A stretch of 64,000 bases of DNA from Enoplolaimus lenunculus (lineage: Eukaryota): contig JASANG010001128.1 of NCBI GenBank assembly GCA_030248215.1, positions 310,001-374,000 of the forward strand. Reading direction: 5' to 3'. Of this stretch, positions 24,946 through 38,193 are shown piece after piece. How positions within the stretch are numbered: position 1 is the first letter of the stretch; every line of letters starts with the position of its first letter. The translations under genes were made by a program, and so were the position numbers. The notes under the pieces are model-generated. The model made no database searches. It saw only the letters and a list, made by a program, of their open reading frames with translations, and was not told the DNA's origin.

Positions 24946-25897
24946 GGCCCATGTGTAGAACAGATGCTTCCAGTTTTACAGGGTGGAAAACTTATGAATA
25001 GTAGTGCAGCGCAGCCACTCCCCTATGACGGCTAGGAACTCCGCTGGTTTGTTAAGAAAAATCACAAGTATAAAGTTTGCATGGTAAAACTGGAAAAATT
25101 GAAAATTCATAAGCCTGCAATATTTCCTGGTTCGGTAGGGTAAATCTGCAGTGTAAACTTTTTTGGAAAACGAGAAAAGTGGTAAACTTAGACGCTTAGA
25201 TTATCCCCGGGCTGGTAGGGAAAATCTGAAGCATAGGTTTTGTTTGGAAAACTCTAAAAGATAAAATGTATAGGTTTTCTTCAGTTGGGCAGGAAATCTC
25301 TGAAAGTAGATTTTGTTTGGAAAACGGAAAAGTGAAAAACATAAACGCCTATGATTTTTTCTGGCTTGGTAGGAAAACCGGAACAATAGGTTTTGTTTGG
25401 AAAACAGGAAAAAAGGAAAATTCAAAATGCATGGGTTTTCACTGGATAATGCAGGGGCTATAAACTTTGCTGGTTTGATCGGAACAACCACAAGCATAAT
25501 TTTGGCTAAAACCTATACGTTTTAAATAAATATTCGACTTTTCTCGTTTTACAAACAAAACCTTCGCTTCACATTTACCCTACCAACCAAGGGAAAATCC
25601 AGGTGTTTAAATTTTCCACTTTTCACGTTTTCCACAAAAACTTACGCTTCTGATTTTTCCTACCAAACTACGTGAAAACGTGCGTTGAAATTTTCGATTT
25701 TTCCTATTTTCTGAACCTCGCCTACAAGGAATATTCAGACGACTGAATTTTCCACTATTCCAAGCCAAAATAATGCATGTAATTTTCCTACCAAACCAGC
25801 GTCATTCTTAGCCGTCAAACAGGAGAAGCTGCGCTGCACTCCTGATCACAAATTTTACACCTTGGAAAACGGAAAGGCCCTGTGCTATACATTGGCC
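24946..25897. mobile_element. Foldback-like GGCC-ended (Merlin-like) element with inverted arms made of ~80-bp repeats
   Basis: GGCCCATGTGTAG ... CTATACATTGGCC with a perfect 8-bp TSD AATGTTTT. GGTAGGGAAAATCTGAAGCATAGG-type repeats lie in opposite orientations in the two halves. Confidence 0.85.
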
Positions 25898-28257
25898 AAT
25901 GTTTTAAACACGAAAATCCAACTCCTGTAGTTACCCGAGGGGGACTTATATATATTTGGTCCCTTCAGAGGGTACTCCCTGTTATTCATTTACGGACTGT
26001 TATTTATTTTTAACCCGCCCTCCGCCTCCTATTGTTAGTAGGACATAACACCTATCTCTTATGTCATTCTCTTTTTGGGCAGGTTTCACCCGCACCATGT
26101 GTTGGTTGCCATATCCGTTAATTATTTTCTGGACTATTTAATAAACTACATGCGGGTTGTTATTTGGTCGCGGAGTCATTTATGCACTACACAGGGATAA
26201 TTGACAATTATGGGTTCTAATTAGGGTTGTGGGACTCTATTCGATTACGGAATCTTATTAGAGCACCCCCTAGTTCGCGTCATTGCAGTACACTACTTAC
26301 AGGTTCAGGTACACTGCATAGAATACAGTGAGGTGTGGGGTGGTTAGTCATGGCTCTTTAAAACTTTGCTAGTTCCGTAGCCTAAACTCAAGACGGCTAG
26401 ATTTCTATGCAAACGTTTTGTACCGAACTTATACGAATTTATAAGTATTCATGCAAAACATTGCATAACCGCTCAAAAAGACGGTTTTTCTTGTTACTCG
26501 GGTTCCTGCATTAAATCGTTGGCTTCCAGTTATTCCATAGTCGATTTTTATCATAAACGGATATGTGGTAACACCCTGACCATGAGGTACACTGAAACAA
26601 TCTACTTTTAAGCGTGTTTATTTATTAGTAGCTGAGTGAGCGCCTCGACCATTCCCCATAATAACTTACTCATCACTATTGATATGCTCGTATATTATTA
26701 CAATGCTTTATATGATCGCTTTAAAAACAATCACTTAAGCTGTGCATATGTTTACGTGGGAATCTTGTTTATGTGTTTAAATAGTGACGCACATATATAT
26801 GCATAGTATGTTCTTAAGGATTATTATACTATTGAATGAGTAGATATGTAGCAAAACAGGGTTAATAACGTTGTACTCCTTGCGATATATTTAGTTTGTT
26901 GTATTACATTGTAGATTTTCTGTACTTTTGAGTTTAAACTTAAATAAAACTTTTGTGTTTTTATTAATTTTAGAGTGTTCTAAAAATTTTGCTTTCTTAA
27001 AAATTTACTGCAACCAGTAATTTTTAAAAGAGGGGGCAGGAAGGTTTTTGCCGGTAAAATATAACTTGTAAGAAAACGCCCCGCCCCATTCAAGCAGAGC
27101 AGGTTAGAATATAATAACTCTGGTATACCAGAAAGTTAAACCCCGGTGTCCCTGTCGAAAACAAATTTTGTCGTGACCGGTGAGGGGGGGCGGCGGCCGG
27201 GGTGTAAGTAAATAGCTCCGGAACCTACACTGTTGTCCCCCAGGGGAGCACGGGCGAGTGGGAACCCTTTAACGTCGCACATCAAGCCCAACGCTAGTTG
27301 AACCCTTCTTTCGCCCGTGGTTGCGGCATACTCAATATTAAGCTCTACAATAGTCCCTTCAGACAGACTCTGTAAAACAGAGTCCCTTGAAACAGACTCT
27401 TTAGATGACTAAACAGAGTCTGTTCTGACAGACTCGGGACAAAACAGTTGTCCTTCATATGACGCATCGACAGTGTAGCATGTGTACGGACGGCAATGTG
27501 ACAAAGTATAGGCTGTTTGGAGAGTATGCTAGTTGTCCAGAAGGTCTATACAGGATATGGGTGACATTTGGACATGCCATTTAGTAACACTACAACTACA
27601 AAGTGAGGGGCTCGTAAGTGGGGACAATTTTTTACAGTAGCGTAGACAGTATAACGTGGATGACCCATTACGCAGTAGTACGTACCCCTTTTTTAAATTA
27701 TTACCAGAATCACGAAGCTTAAGAATTTCAAAATAATGAGTGACTTCTTCAACCTTTGGCTCACGTAAAAATCAGGGGTGCAATGTTTTTCTGTGGGACT
27801 GCAATAGAGTAAGCTTAAGCTTTAGACAAAGTTTTTTGCTTGGCTCAGGCTTTGGCTTACGCTTAGGTTTAGGAATATGCTCATTCTTACGCTTCTTTTA
27901 ACTAGTGACCAATGCGTTCTATTGTACGTGAGAAACGGTCCGAAATGCGAGGGTCATACATCGTAGCGCCATTTTTGCTGTCTCAAAAGTCCATACGAGT
28001 GGTGAATTCAAAGACGATGGAAGCTTTCGGTATGAGCAAATCCAGATCAGCATATCAAGTTTCTTGAGTTCGCTCCTTGCGAATATTTTTTCCACCATTT
28101 GCGGGGGGGGAGCATCCATCAATAAAGGGGCCCCCACCCTAACCGGTTGAAACAAAAGCCGCTTAAACTTTAAAAGGCGTCTGGTTTCTTTCTCACTTCG
28201 CTCGCGAGTTTTGGGGCCCCCACCCTGGAATTTGACGGGACCCTCCATACCTGCCTG

Positions 28258-28433
28258 CAATGGCGGATCCATGGGGGGGCCACCCCGGCCGTGCCCCTCC
28301 CCCCAACAGCATCTCGACAAAAATTATATAGCAATTCTGTGACAATAGTTCGTGGTTTGTGTGTGGGTCAAAAGTAAGTTTATTACATGTGAAATTTTGG
28401 CCCCGCGATTTTGAGATCCTGGATCCGCCACTG
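28258..28433. mobile_element. hAT-like MITE (CAGTGGCGGATCC family)
   Basis: CAATGGCGGATCC ... GGATCCGCCACTG with a perfect 8-bp TSD CCTGCCTG. Confidence 0.85.
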
Positions 28434-29294
28434 CCTGCCTGTTCCGGCACGGCTATAACTGATACTGTAATGGTACGAACACGAACTTACATTATAAGCA
28501 GGAGTTGTGTAAAAAAACTGGGACCTAGTAAGCCGTATATGGGGGCTGGACAGCTAACATCGTGCTTGGTGGATAATATTGACACCCCGGGTGATCGGTG
28601 TTTACACCGTTGCACAGTTTGTAAATTGCGAAAACTAGTAAATTCAACGTCATCATTTTGATTACTTGCCTATTCCGGATCACGTCCGGTTCCGGCAAAA
28701 TTTGTTTACACCTCCAGCTACGGGAGCGATTACATTTTATTGAACTTTTGAATGTTTCCTGTTTAAGGGCCCATGTTTACTTTCAGGGGCGTTCAGGTTT
28801 CTGGTGGGTCTATGACAGAGTAGGTTTGGATTCTGGATTACATTTTTTTGCTTACGCTTCAGCCTAAAGCCTAAGCCTAAAGCCAAAGCAAAAAAATAGT
28901 CTAAAGCTTAAACTGACTCTATTATAGCCCCTCCGGAAAATGATCCGGCCCTGTTCTATACATGGGCCCTTTGCCTGGAGCGGAATCTGTGAATCCAGAT
29001 TTTGAACTTGAAGTAAAAAACACTTGTCAAGAATATATTTTGTGTTTGTTTCTTTAACTGAGATAAGCGACTTTTAATAATCAAGTTGTTAACGTGTGAC
29101 TGACATTAAAACATTATTTGACAGGCACTCTGAAGGACTGTGCCAACTGGCTGGATACATGGCTCTTGCATGCTTGCCCTACGGTTAGGTTTAGGTAAAA
29201 GCGTAAGCCTTTATGCAGATTTCAGATTCTGAGACGAATCGCCAAAGTTTAGACGTTTGGGCAAAACTTTCGGCTCTCAGTCTACATGTGATTC

Positions 29295-29473
29295 GGCCCA
29301 TGGCACTTTAAGGGGCGTCCAGGTTTCTGGTGGGTCTATAAAATAATAAGTTGCGATTCTAGATTACATTTTTTGCTTAGGCTTAGGCTTTAGGAACTCA
29401 TTTTTGCAATGCTTGGGCTTAGGCTTACGAATACGCTTAATCTGCAGTTACTCATCTTAAAGTAACATTGGCC
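29295..29473. mobile_element. GGCC-ended MITE with TTAGGC repeats
   Basis: GGCCCATG ... CATTGGCC, TSD tgtgattc/tgtgatcc. Confidence 0.75.
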
Positions 29474-30231
29474 TGTGATCCTGTTCCAAAATGAGAGTCA
29501 AAACTGAAACCTAAGCCTAAGTCTACGTTTGTCGAGGAAACGCGTTCGAAAGCCCGATATATTAGCATTTGAATGTAAAGTTTAAGACCAGATGATGTAA
29601 TTTTAATAGGCTATTCAGTTGGACTGTACTTACGCAGCTGTGTACGCAACGATACTCTCATCACTCAACCAAACTACATCTTTGTTTCATCGGGCCCAAG
29701 GAAGGGCCAACGTGATGGCTCTGCCCCCGTTGGAAGGTTCCTGTTTGAAAATTTTCAACCTTCCTTGAATAGGAGACGGAAATGAAGGCAGAAGGGACAC
29801 TTGCCCCCAATGATCATATAGGGGGACACAGCCCACCGCCCAATATTGTCTAGAGCTCACAATATTGTCGAATATATTTTCCATCAACACAACCTCAGCC
29901 GCTGTTAAATTTGTACGTTTTTAGACTAACAGCAAAATACATAATATACACTAACATCATCGGTTAAAGTACCGAAATCAGGGTGTAAACGAATAGCAAA
30001 AATAACCAACACTGAAACGGATAGTGATCATGATAACGGAAACAGAAAATGGATAACGGATAGTGATCAGGATACAGACACTTCACAGATGCGAATCCTT
30101 GGATTTGCATCTACCAAAGAAAATAATATATTATTTTATCATAGGAACACGGTAGTGTATGTTCCTGAACGCTGTTTAACAATTAATAGTGTTCAGTAAA
30201 CTATAAGCCACACCATGTTTATTCATTATTG

Positions 30232-30485
30232 GACCAATGTTACTTTAAGGTGCGTAACAGTAGATTAAGCGTATTCCTAAGCCTAAAAGAAGCTTAAGCG
30301 TTGCAAAGAAATCTTTGCATGCTTTTTCTGAAAAATTTTTGGCATCCTCCAGCAAGTTGAGTTCACTGGCTACAAAGTTCCTAAGCCTAAGCCTAAGCGC
30401 AAGCAAAAAAATGTAATATAGTATCTAAATGTACTCTTTTGTAGACCCACCAGAAACCTGGACGCCCCTTAGAGTAACATGGGCC
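30232..30485. mobile_element. GGCC-ended MITE with GCCTAA repeats
   Basis: GACCAATGTTAC ... GTAACATGGGCC with a perfect 8-bp TSD CATTATTG. Confidence 0.8.
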
Positions 30486-32466
30486 CATTATTGTATAGAT
30501 AGGTACGGTTGAGAAGGACACTGGCCTGTAACCAAAGCGCGGCATTGGCTCAGCTTTCCCTAGACAAGTTTTTGGCCTTCGATGAAACTTTCAACGTACT
30601 TGTAAGCCGATTGAAATACAGAAACTGTCTAGCGGCCAGGACGGATAACCACCATCCAAACACGCGACGGCAGATCACGGTGGGGCAGTGAGAACCGAAA
30701 TGGTTGAATGCGGTGGAATATGTGATAAAGGTGGAACGCGACTGATTGTGCAAGAATTAGCAGGCAGCCCCCCTCCTGGAAAAATTTTGGCTCCCTTAGA
30801 TTTTCAACGTTGCTTGTAAGTCAAGGAAAACCCCTAGCAAGGTGAGCTGACTACGGGCCTGCGTTGTGTTTCCAATTCCTAAAAGAGTACTCCATGTTTC
30901 CATTTTCCCGAAATTTTCAACAAGTTTCAGTTCTTGTTCCGGTATATTTTTCAAAAACGATGTTAAGCCTACGAAATTTTTGCATGAAATATTTTAAATT
31001 TAAACGTGAAACTTTTATGTTTTCGTTACTTTTAACGGGTGTCGCCGGCACGTTTATAGTTTTCTATGGGTGTCAATGTCGAGTGACAAGCACCAGACAG
31101 ACACCACTGTTGAACCGTTTTGTACGTACCAAATTTGTTGTTAAATAGACATGGTGTGGGAAATAATTTACAGCAACAATATGAATAAATATACGAGCTG
31201 AACAATGACACGGTAGTATTTCTTATATATGTTTCTTTTTTATTTGGGAGATACAACTCAATCTGTGTTGTATCTGATATTATCAGAGGTTTCGCTATTC
31301 CTTCCGGCACATGAATTGTCATATTTCGGGTTTATTTTTTTCTGAAATATAATTCAAGTTTAAATATGTAGAGTCTTCTTGCTTCGAAGCGATGAAAAAC
31401 AACTCAAATGTATTGCTGATCCGTCTATGAAGAACAGTACATTGCTGGAAAAAAATTACACAGAACAAATCAATTTGGATCGAAACATATCGTCAAATCT
31501 TCACCGTTCAAAATAATTAAACAAAACCAAAAATCATTCCGATATGGAACTGTAGAGCCCGAATAAGACGAGGGTCCCTATTTTGAGTCCCAATCAATAG
31601 GAGTCCGTAAACCCTAATTAGAGTCCATAAATATCAATTATTCCTAATTTTAGCGCATAAATGACTCCAGGACCAAATAAAGTGAAGTTCGAAACTTTAA
31701 AGTATACTTAAGGTTTGAAAGTACATTCCTAAGTATACCTTGCATTATCGCTCAAGCTATTGACACAAGACAAATAAACGTTTAATTGAACGGACAATTG
31801 CAGTAGCGGATATGTATCAGTAACGAAGGGCGGCGGAGCGTGGATTAAAAACAAATAACAGTCCGTAACGAATAACGGTGAGGTACCCTCTATGGAGAGA
31901 TCAAATAAATATCAGTCCCCCTCTTATTGCATCGACTTGAGATGATAAACTTTGTCTCACGTAAACACTTTGGGTACCTTTTAAACCACGGAAGGAAAAA
32001 CTGTAAGCTACGTTCTGATATTCAAATGCAGTCTGGTATTAAGCAAGGTTAGAACATTTCCTAGAAGGGGCCAACATTCTTGTCCCCCCCTTGACTACGT
32101 GCGTACACTAGAGGACATACGCTCACAGAAACTATTTCTGAGAGCGATCGCAGAGAGCGAGAAAATATGTTTAACCTCAATGATGCAGCATGTTACCCTT
32201 TTCATTATACCTGAAAATGTACGTTTGAATGGTGGCTAGAAATGTTAAGGAGCTATGGTCTTCCCTTGTATACGCTGCCTAAATATTTAGACATAGTTCA
32301 GATGTCTCAACTAAAAAACGTCTGTCTTGGCTTAAATTTTTGCTGAAAAGTCGTGTAAATACAAATTCTGAACAATATTTGTCCAGTGCGGTTGATCACT
32401 TTAGCTTTATAGCGATGTGAGCAAGAAATTGTTTGACCTCCTGGAATACATCACGATAGAAATCAT

Positions 32467-33689
32467 GGCCAATGTTAATACTTTAAAGGCCGTCCCATTT
32501 TCCCGGGACAGCAATGTACCAGGAGTACATTCAAAAAATATAATTAGGACAGCGGGACAGTTGGGATAGATGGGACAGTTGGGACAGTTTGGACAGATGG
32601 GACAGTTGGGACAGATGGGACAGTTGGGACAGATGGGACAGATGGGACAGTTGGGACACTTGGGACAGATGGGACACTTGGGAAAAACGGGACAGATGGG
32701 ACACTTGGGATAGTTGAGACAGTTCGGACAGATGGGACAGCGGGACAAATGGGACAGATGGGACACTTGTTACAGTTGGGACAAACGGGACAGATGGGAC
32801 AGTTGGGATAGTTGAGACAGTTCGGACAGATGGGACAGCGGGACAAATGGGAAGATGGGACACTTGTTACAGTTGGGACAAACGGGACAGATGGGACAGT
32901 TGGGACAGTTGAGACAGTTCGGACAGATGGGACAGCGGGACAAATGGGACAGATGGGACACTTGGGACAGTTGGGACAGTTGGACAGATGGGACAGTTGG
33001 ACAGATGGGACAGTTGAGACAGATGGGACAGTGGGACAGATTGGACAGTTGGGAGAGATGGGACATTTGGGACAGATGGGACAGTTGGACAGATGGGACA
33101 GTTGGGACAAACGGGACAGTTGGGACAGCTGGGACAGATGGGACAGTTGGGACAGATGGGACAGTTGGGACAAGCGGGACAGATGGGACAGTTTGGACAG
33201 ATGGGACAGTTTGGACAGATGGGACACTTGGGACAGATGGAACCCTTGGGACACTTGGGACAAACGGGACAGTTGGGACAGATGGGACACTTGGGACAGA
33301 TGGGACAGTTGGGACAGATGGGACAGTTGGGACAGATGGGACACTTGGGACAGCTGGGACACTTGGGACAGTTGGGACAAACGGGGCAGATGGGACAGTT
33401 AGGACACTTGGGACAGATGGGACAACGGGACAGTTATGGGACAGTTGAGACACTTGGGACAGATGGGACAACGGGACAGTTATGGGACAGTTGAGACACT
33501 TGGGACAGATGGGACATATATATTATATATAATATATATTATATATAATATATATTATATATACATATATAATATATATTCTACGTAAATATAATTGCCT
33601 GTGCATATGTAAACAGGAGCGCATAAGTGTGCACTCCGAGTATATCTGTGTCCCGGGAAATTGGGACGGCCTTTATAGTAACATGGGCC
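32467..33689. mobile_element. GGCC-ended (Merlin-like) non-autonomous element carrying a ~1-kb GGGACA minisatellite (about 32545-33515)
   Basis: TIRs GGCCAATGTT...AAAGGCCGTCCCATTTTCCCGGGACA and TGTCCCGGGAAATTGGGACGGCCTTTATAGTAACATGGGCC, with a perfect 8-bp TSD GAAATCAT. Confidence 0.9.
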
Positions 33690-35088
33690 GAAATCATGTT
33701 GACCAGTTAACCCCACCAAGGGTACGGAGTGCAACCGGAGGTGAAAATTACCGTATCCGGGGCGGAAACCGGATGTCCAGTGCCGGAACCATGAGTTGAG
33801 GCGAAAAATGGTTCTTAAAGTGATGTTTAATTTGCTAAAATTTAGCGAATGATTGTAGGGTGTTGGTTACACCGTTGGCCTAACGTTTTTACGAAATCTC
33901 AACAATTTTTTTGCTCAAAATTGTACCAAAAATTACACAGCGAAACGTACGAAACAAATAAATTGCGTCAAACTGCAAAATTTTACTGCCGAAATTGACT
34001 AGAATATCCCTCAAAAATTCTACCGGAGCCGGAGCCAGACGTCCCTTCTCTACAGGATCCAGAGCCGGATACAGTCGTCTGGTTTGTACGCGGCGGGCAT
34101 GTATCTATTCAAAACTCAGTTAATGATATAAAAAAATTCAAAACTGTAAATTTGATAAAAATCAACCCAAATTATAAATATCTTTGTGTGAATGAGAGTA
34201 CTTTCCTAAAATACTTTATATTTTTCATTAGTTTCTACCAGCAAAAAAATTGTGACAACCGTAAGCGTGTGAACTTTTAAAGTACATTTTAGATGAACAA
34301 GAAAAATTTGCTGACTTTTGGGGTTTTTATGAAAATCTTTCTTTCCTTCTGTTTAGTCTCAAGTTTTGTCACAAAACATTGTCGTTGTTTTCAAATAATT
34401 TTTAATCTGTTGAAAACATAAAACGTATACGAGCGGGTTTTAGATAGAGTCCTATGTAAACAACAAGGCCAATGTATAGAACAGGGCCGGAACAGTAGTA
34501 TAAGCACATTGCTAAGCCTAAGCCTAAGGCTAAGCGTATGAATGAGCCTATACATAAGCCTAAGCCTAAGCATAAGCAGAAAATTAGCCTAAAACTTAAG
34601 CTTACTTTATTATACAGTCCCGCCGGAAAACGTTACGGCCCTGTTCTATACATGGGCCAACCACCGGGTCAATGTTTCTTTTAGGACAGTACTGAAATAT
34701 TAAGCATGTTCCTAAGCCTAAGCCTAAACGTTGAAAAACGCGTAAACCTAAAGGCTAAAGCCTAAGCAAAAAATATAGTCTAAAATGTAAACCCAGTCTT
34801 TTGCAGTGCCACCAAAATCATGGACCAACAACGACATGACGATTCAGTGCAACTTTACCTTGTGTATCTGTAAGGGTCAAAAATAAACTCGCTCACTCGG
34901 TTGCTATACTCGACCGAAAAGGAAAACTGGCTACGGTCCTACCAAGCTACCGCAAGTCTTAAATTTTTATTCCCATGTGGGTTTGCCGCAGTATCCGGTG
35001 CCATGCGTCCAGTTGTGCACAATGTACCCAATACCGGATGATGCTATAAGGCATATTGTTATCAAGCCTTTTAAAACTATATCGCCCC

Positions 35089-35341
35089 CAGGGTACAACC
35101 GGAGGTTCGCTTCCGGCTCCGGCCGAAAATCGACGTCCGGCTATAGCTCCGGTTGAATTTTTGCCGGAGGTTCCGCCAATTTCAGTAGTGAAATTTCGTC
35201 TAGTTTTACAAAATTTTTTCAGTTTGGTACGATTCGTTTTAACTTTTAGCACAATTTAAAGAAAAGTATTGTCAAACCTTGGGGCAAGACTTGTTGACCC
35301 CGACTCCGGCTTTGAAATTTTTCACATCCGGTTGCACCCTG
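35089..35341. mobile_element. hAT-like MITE (CAGGGTGCAACCGG family)
   Basis: CAGGGTACAACCGG ... CCGGTTGCACCCTG; the TSD is degraded. Confidence 0.7.
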
Positions 35342-35589
35342 ATAGTCGCTCGTAAATTTTTACATCTATACAATGATATCTGTAATAAATATATAATGCA
35401 TATATTGAATTTATTTGCATATTTAGTACCATCCGGTTGCTTAAATCGCTGAACAGCAGTTTACAATGCAACAAATTATTATACTGACCATTTTGTTCTG
35501 TATTGTCAACGGTAAGTTGAATCTGACCAGTGAACTTGATGGGTCTTAAGCTCTTCCTCCCAACATTTAATGTTTAACCTTGAGGGGTA

Positions 35590-36022
35590 CTGTAGTGACC
35601 CGAATAAAAGGGGGAGGGACTGATATTTATTTGGCCTCTAGAGTGTACCCCCTTGTTATTCGGTTGACTGTTATTTATTTTCAACCAGCCTTCCGCCACC
35701 CTTCGTTACTGATATATCCGGTATTGCAACTATCCGTTCAATTAAACGTTTTTTGCCTTCCATCAAAAGCTTGAGCGATAATGTAAGGTTATACTTTGCA
35801 ATGTTACTTTCAAAACTTAAGTGCGCTTTAATGTTTTCAACTCAAGTTTTTATTTGGTCCTCTAGTCATTTATGCGCTACATTGACAAAAATGGACTCTA
35901 ATTAGGGTTTAGGGACTCTATCGGCTTACGGACTCTTATTAGGGATACGGACTCCTATGGATTGGGACTCAAAATGGGGATCCCCCTCTTATTACCCCCC
36001 ACTCTTATTTGGGTCGCTGCAG
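35590..36022. mobile_element. Tc1/mariner-type MITE (TA-CTGTAGTGACCCGAATAA family)
   Basis: Same termini and internal sequence as 23993-24423 and 55456-55905. Confidence 0.75.
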
Positions 36023-36597
36023 TGCATGTTCTAACTGGGGTAGCGCAGAACATGTTTTGTCTCATGTTTGATTCGCCGTCAACTTTAACCCTTGCGAACT
36101 AAATACCGACAAGTCCGTCTGAAATTGAATGTCATACGACGTTGGTTACAAACCACTGCTCTCAAATAATCATTGCATGCAAGTAGTAGCCATGATATTA
36201 CATGGTGCCTTGGAATACTAATGGGAAATATGACACATTCTAAAATTGTTGCAAATGCCGTATGATATTATGCAGGACAACGTAATTTGTACGCACAATT
36301 GAAATGCAAAGAAAATAGAATGGTACCCGCGTTCATCCATAGGCTCTGCGTTTTTTTAATTCAGCCACCTTTGCCGGAGTCAAGCATTTACAACAGCAAA
36401 CGCTTGCCAAAGGCCAAAACGAACCAACCAATCGAAATTCACCATTTGGTTCAACGGCAGTTGATCAAAGTCTGATTGACTATTTACATTCGCTTGCAAT
36501 AACATCGCTCGCGAACAGCCAATTAAATTCAAGATCGCTTGTGGTCGATGGTACGATAGTGAGCTGAATGGACGCGTTAACAAGCATTAATTTTGCC

Positions 36598-36786
36598 GGC
36601 CCATGTATAGAACAGGACCGGATCGTTTTTCGCAGGGGCTATAATAGAGTCAGTTTAAGCTTTAGACTATTTTTTCCTTAGGCTTAAGCTTAGGTTCAGG
36701 CTTACGAATAGGCTCATCCATACGCTTAGGCTTAGGCTTAGGAATATGCCTATACTACTGTTCCGGTCACGTTCTATACATGGGCC
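36598..36786. mobile_element. GGCC-ended MITE with TTAGGC repeats
   Basis: GGCCCATGTATAGAAC ... GTTCTATACATGGGCC, TSD attttgcc/attttgca. Confidence 0.8.
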
Positions 36787-37615
36787 ATTTTGCATTACTG
36801 CGAATATCTCCTTTAACTCTTAGGAATATTCTTCAATTTTTTTAAACATCCAGTTCCATACTCGATATTTTTAGCTACAAACCATACGTCTCTATTAATA
36901 TCTAATAAACTGGCATTTATGGATTAGAATTTTTGAGCTGTACCCAATGACAATTTCTGAACAAAGATATAGACTCATATTGATTCGGAATATTAGATTG
37001 GTATAATTCTTTACTTACCATACCTAGCAGTTAGCTATTACGGTGTAACCGGATATCCGTTTCCGGTAAAAAGTTATCCGTTTCCGTTATAGAAATACCG
37101 AAAATTCGATTAGTTTTATACGCTCTAGTCTACCCATGTATAGAACAGGGCAGGTACGTTTTCCTTGCGGGACTGTTAATAGAGTAAGCCCAAGCTTTTA
37201 GACTATTGTTTGCTTAGGCTTAGGCATAGGCTTAGGTATAGGCTCAACTTTATGCTTGGGCTTAGGCTTAGACATGAAACTTGTATACTTCAATATCCCA
37301 TTCAGGTCCTGTTTGCGTTATTTTGATCACTATAACCGTTTCCGTTTCCGTTTTCGTTATTTTTACTATCTCTTTACACCGTATTAGCTATACCAGAGCA
37401 TAAGCCTATTAAGACTTGGCCTATTAAGCCTAGATTCAAGTCTAAGCCTAAGCGTAAACAAGGGTGCAGCCATTTTGAGGGGGCATTTCCATTAGAAAAC
37501 TGTTATGGTTTAGTTTTGCGACACGAAAATTGCGTTCGGTTTGTCTCTTTTTTGCTCACGAGGACTGAACGTATGACCTTATATCACTCTTATTCGAGTC
37601 ACTGCACTATTTCAG

Positions 37616-38193
37616 CCAATCAAAACGTCGTACCGGTTTCAACAGTTCAAGCAAACAACCAACCAAATTTCGCCGCTACAGACTCGTCATTGCAATCGAA
37701 CATTCAGTCAAATTTAAGACAATCTTCATCCGCTGGAACGCCGTTCGGCGAAAACGTCGCAACTGGTTCTTCGTTTTATCCGCTGCTCGTTCATTTGAAA
37801 CCGGTAGAAAGTACGCATAGTAAACGGTCATTAGGCGTACGGCTGCCTACGTTTAATTACTATGCCGTACCGCGGGGATATTTCGCTGACCCTCGTCGGC
37901 ATCCTGTGAACAATTTACTCGGGCACTCAGCGTTTCCAGTAATTTTTCCTGGTTTAATAGGAACAGGATTGTCGAATTTGAACCAAAATTTTCAACCAAA
38001 ACCTCAATCAAGGCCTCGGCCTCAAGTCCAGCCGGAACAACTACAGCTGACTGCTTTAGAAAGCGTTCCAGCTGAGCGTTTGTTGCCTAAAACGAAGCTG
38101 TCTAAAGCTACGACGTTGAATTCTGACTCTGATCAGCGGTTAATTGAACTGGAATCCTTACAACGAACATTGAACGAAACACCACTGCCATAA
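37616..38193 (+). CDS. Probable terminal coding exon of an unidentified gene (Pro/Gln/Ser-rich, 192 codons plus stop)
   Basis: TTTCAG acceptor at 37610-37615 in frame with the 225-codon ORF. The sequence is non-repetitive and has higher GC than its flanks. Upstream exons were not resolved. Confidence 0.5.

Noticed and set aside
28500..28661. Cys-containing exon-like frames (also about 36276-36350) as upstream exons of the 37616 exon
   Set aside because: No consistent splice chain or recognisable domain could be established.
32407..33494. Collagen-like or Cys-rich repeat ORFs in all six frames
   Set aside because: They come from the GGGACA minisatellite inside a TSD-flanked element.
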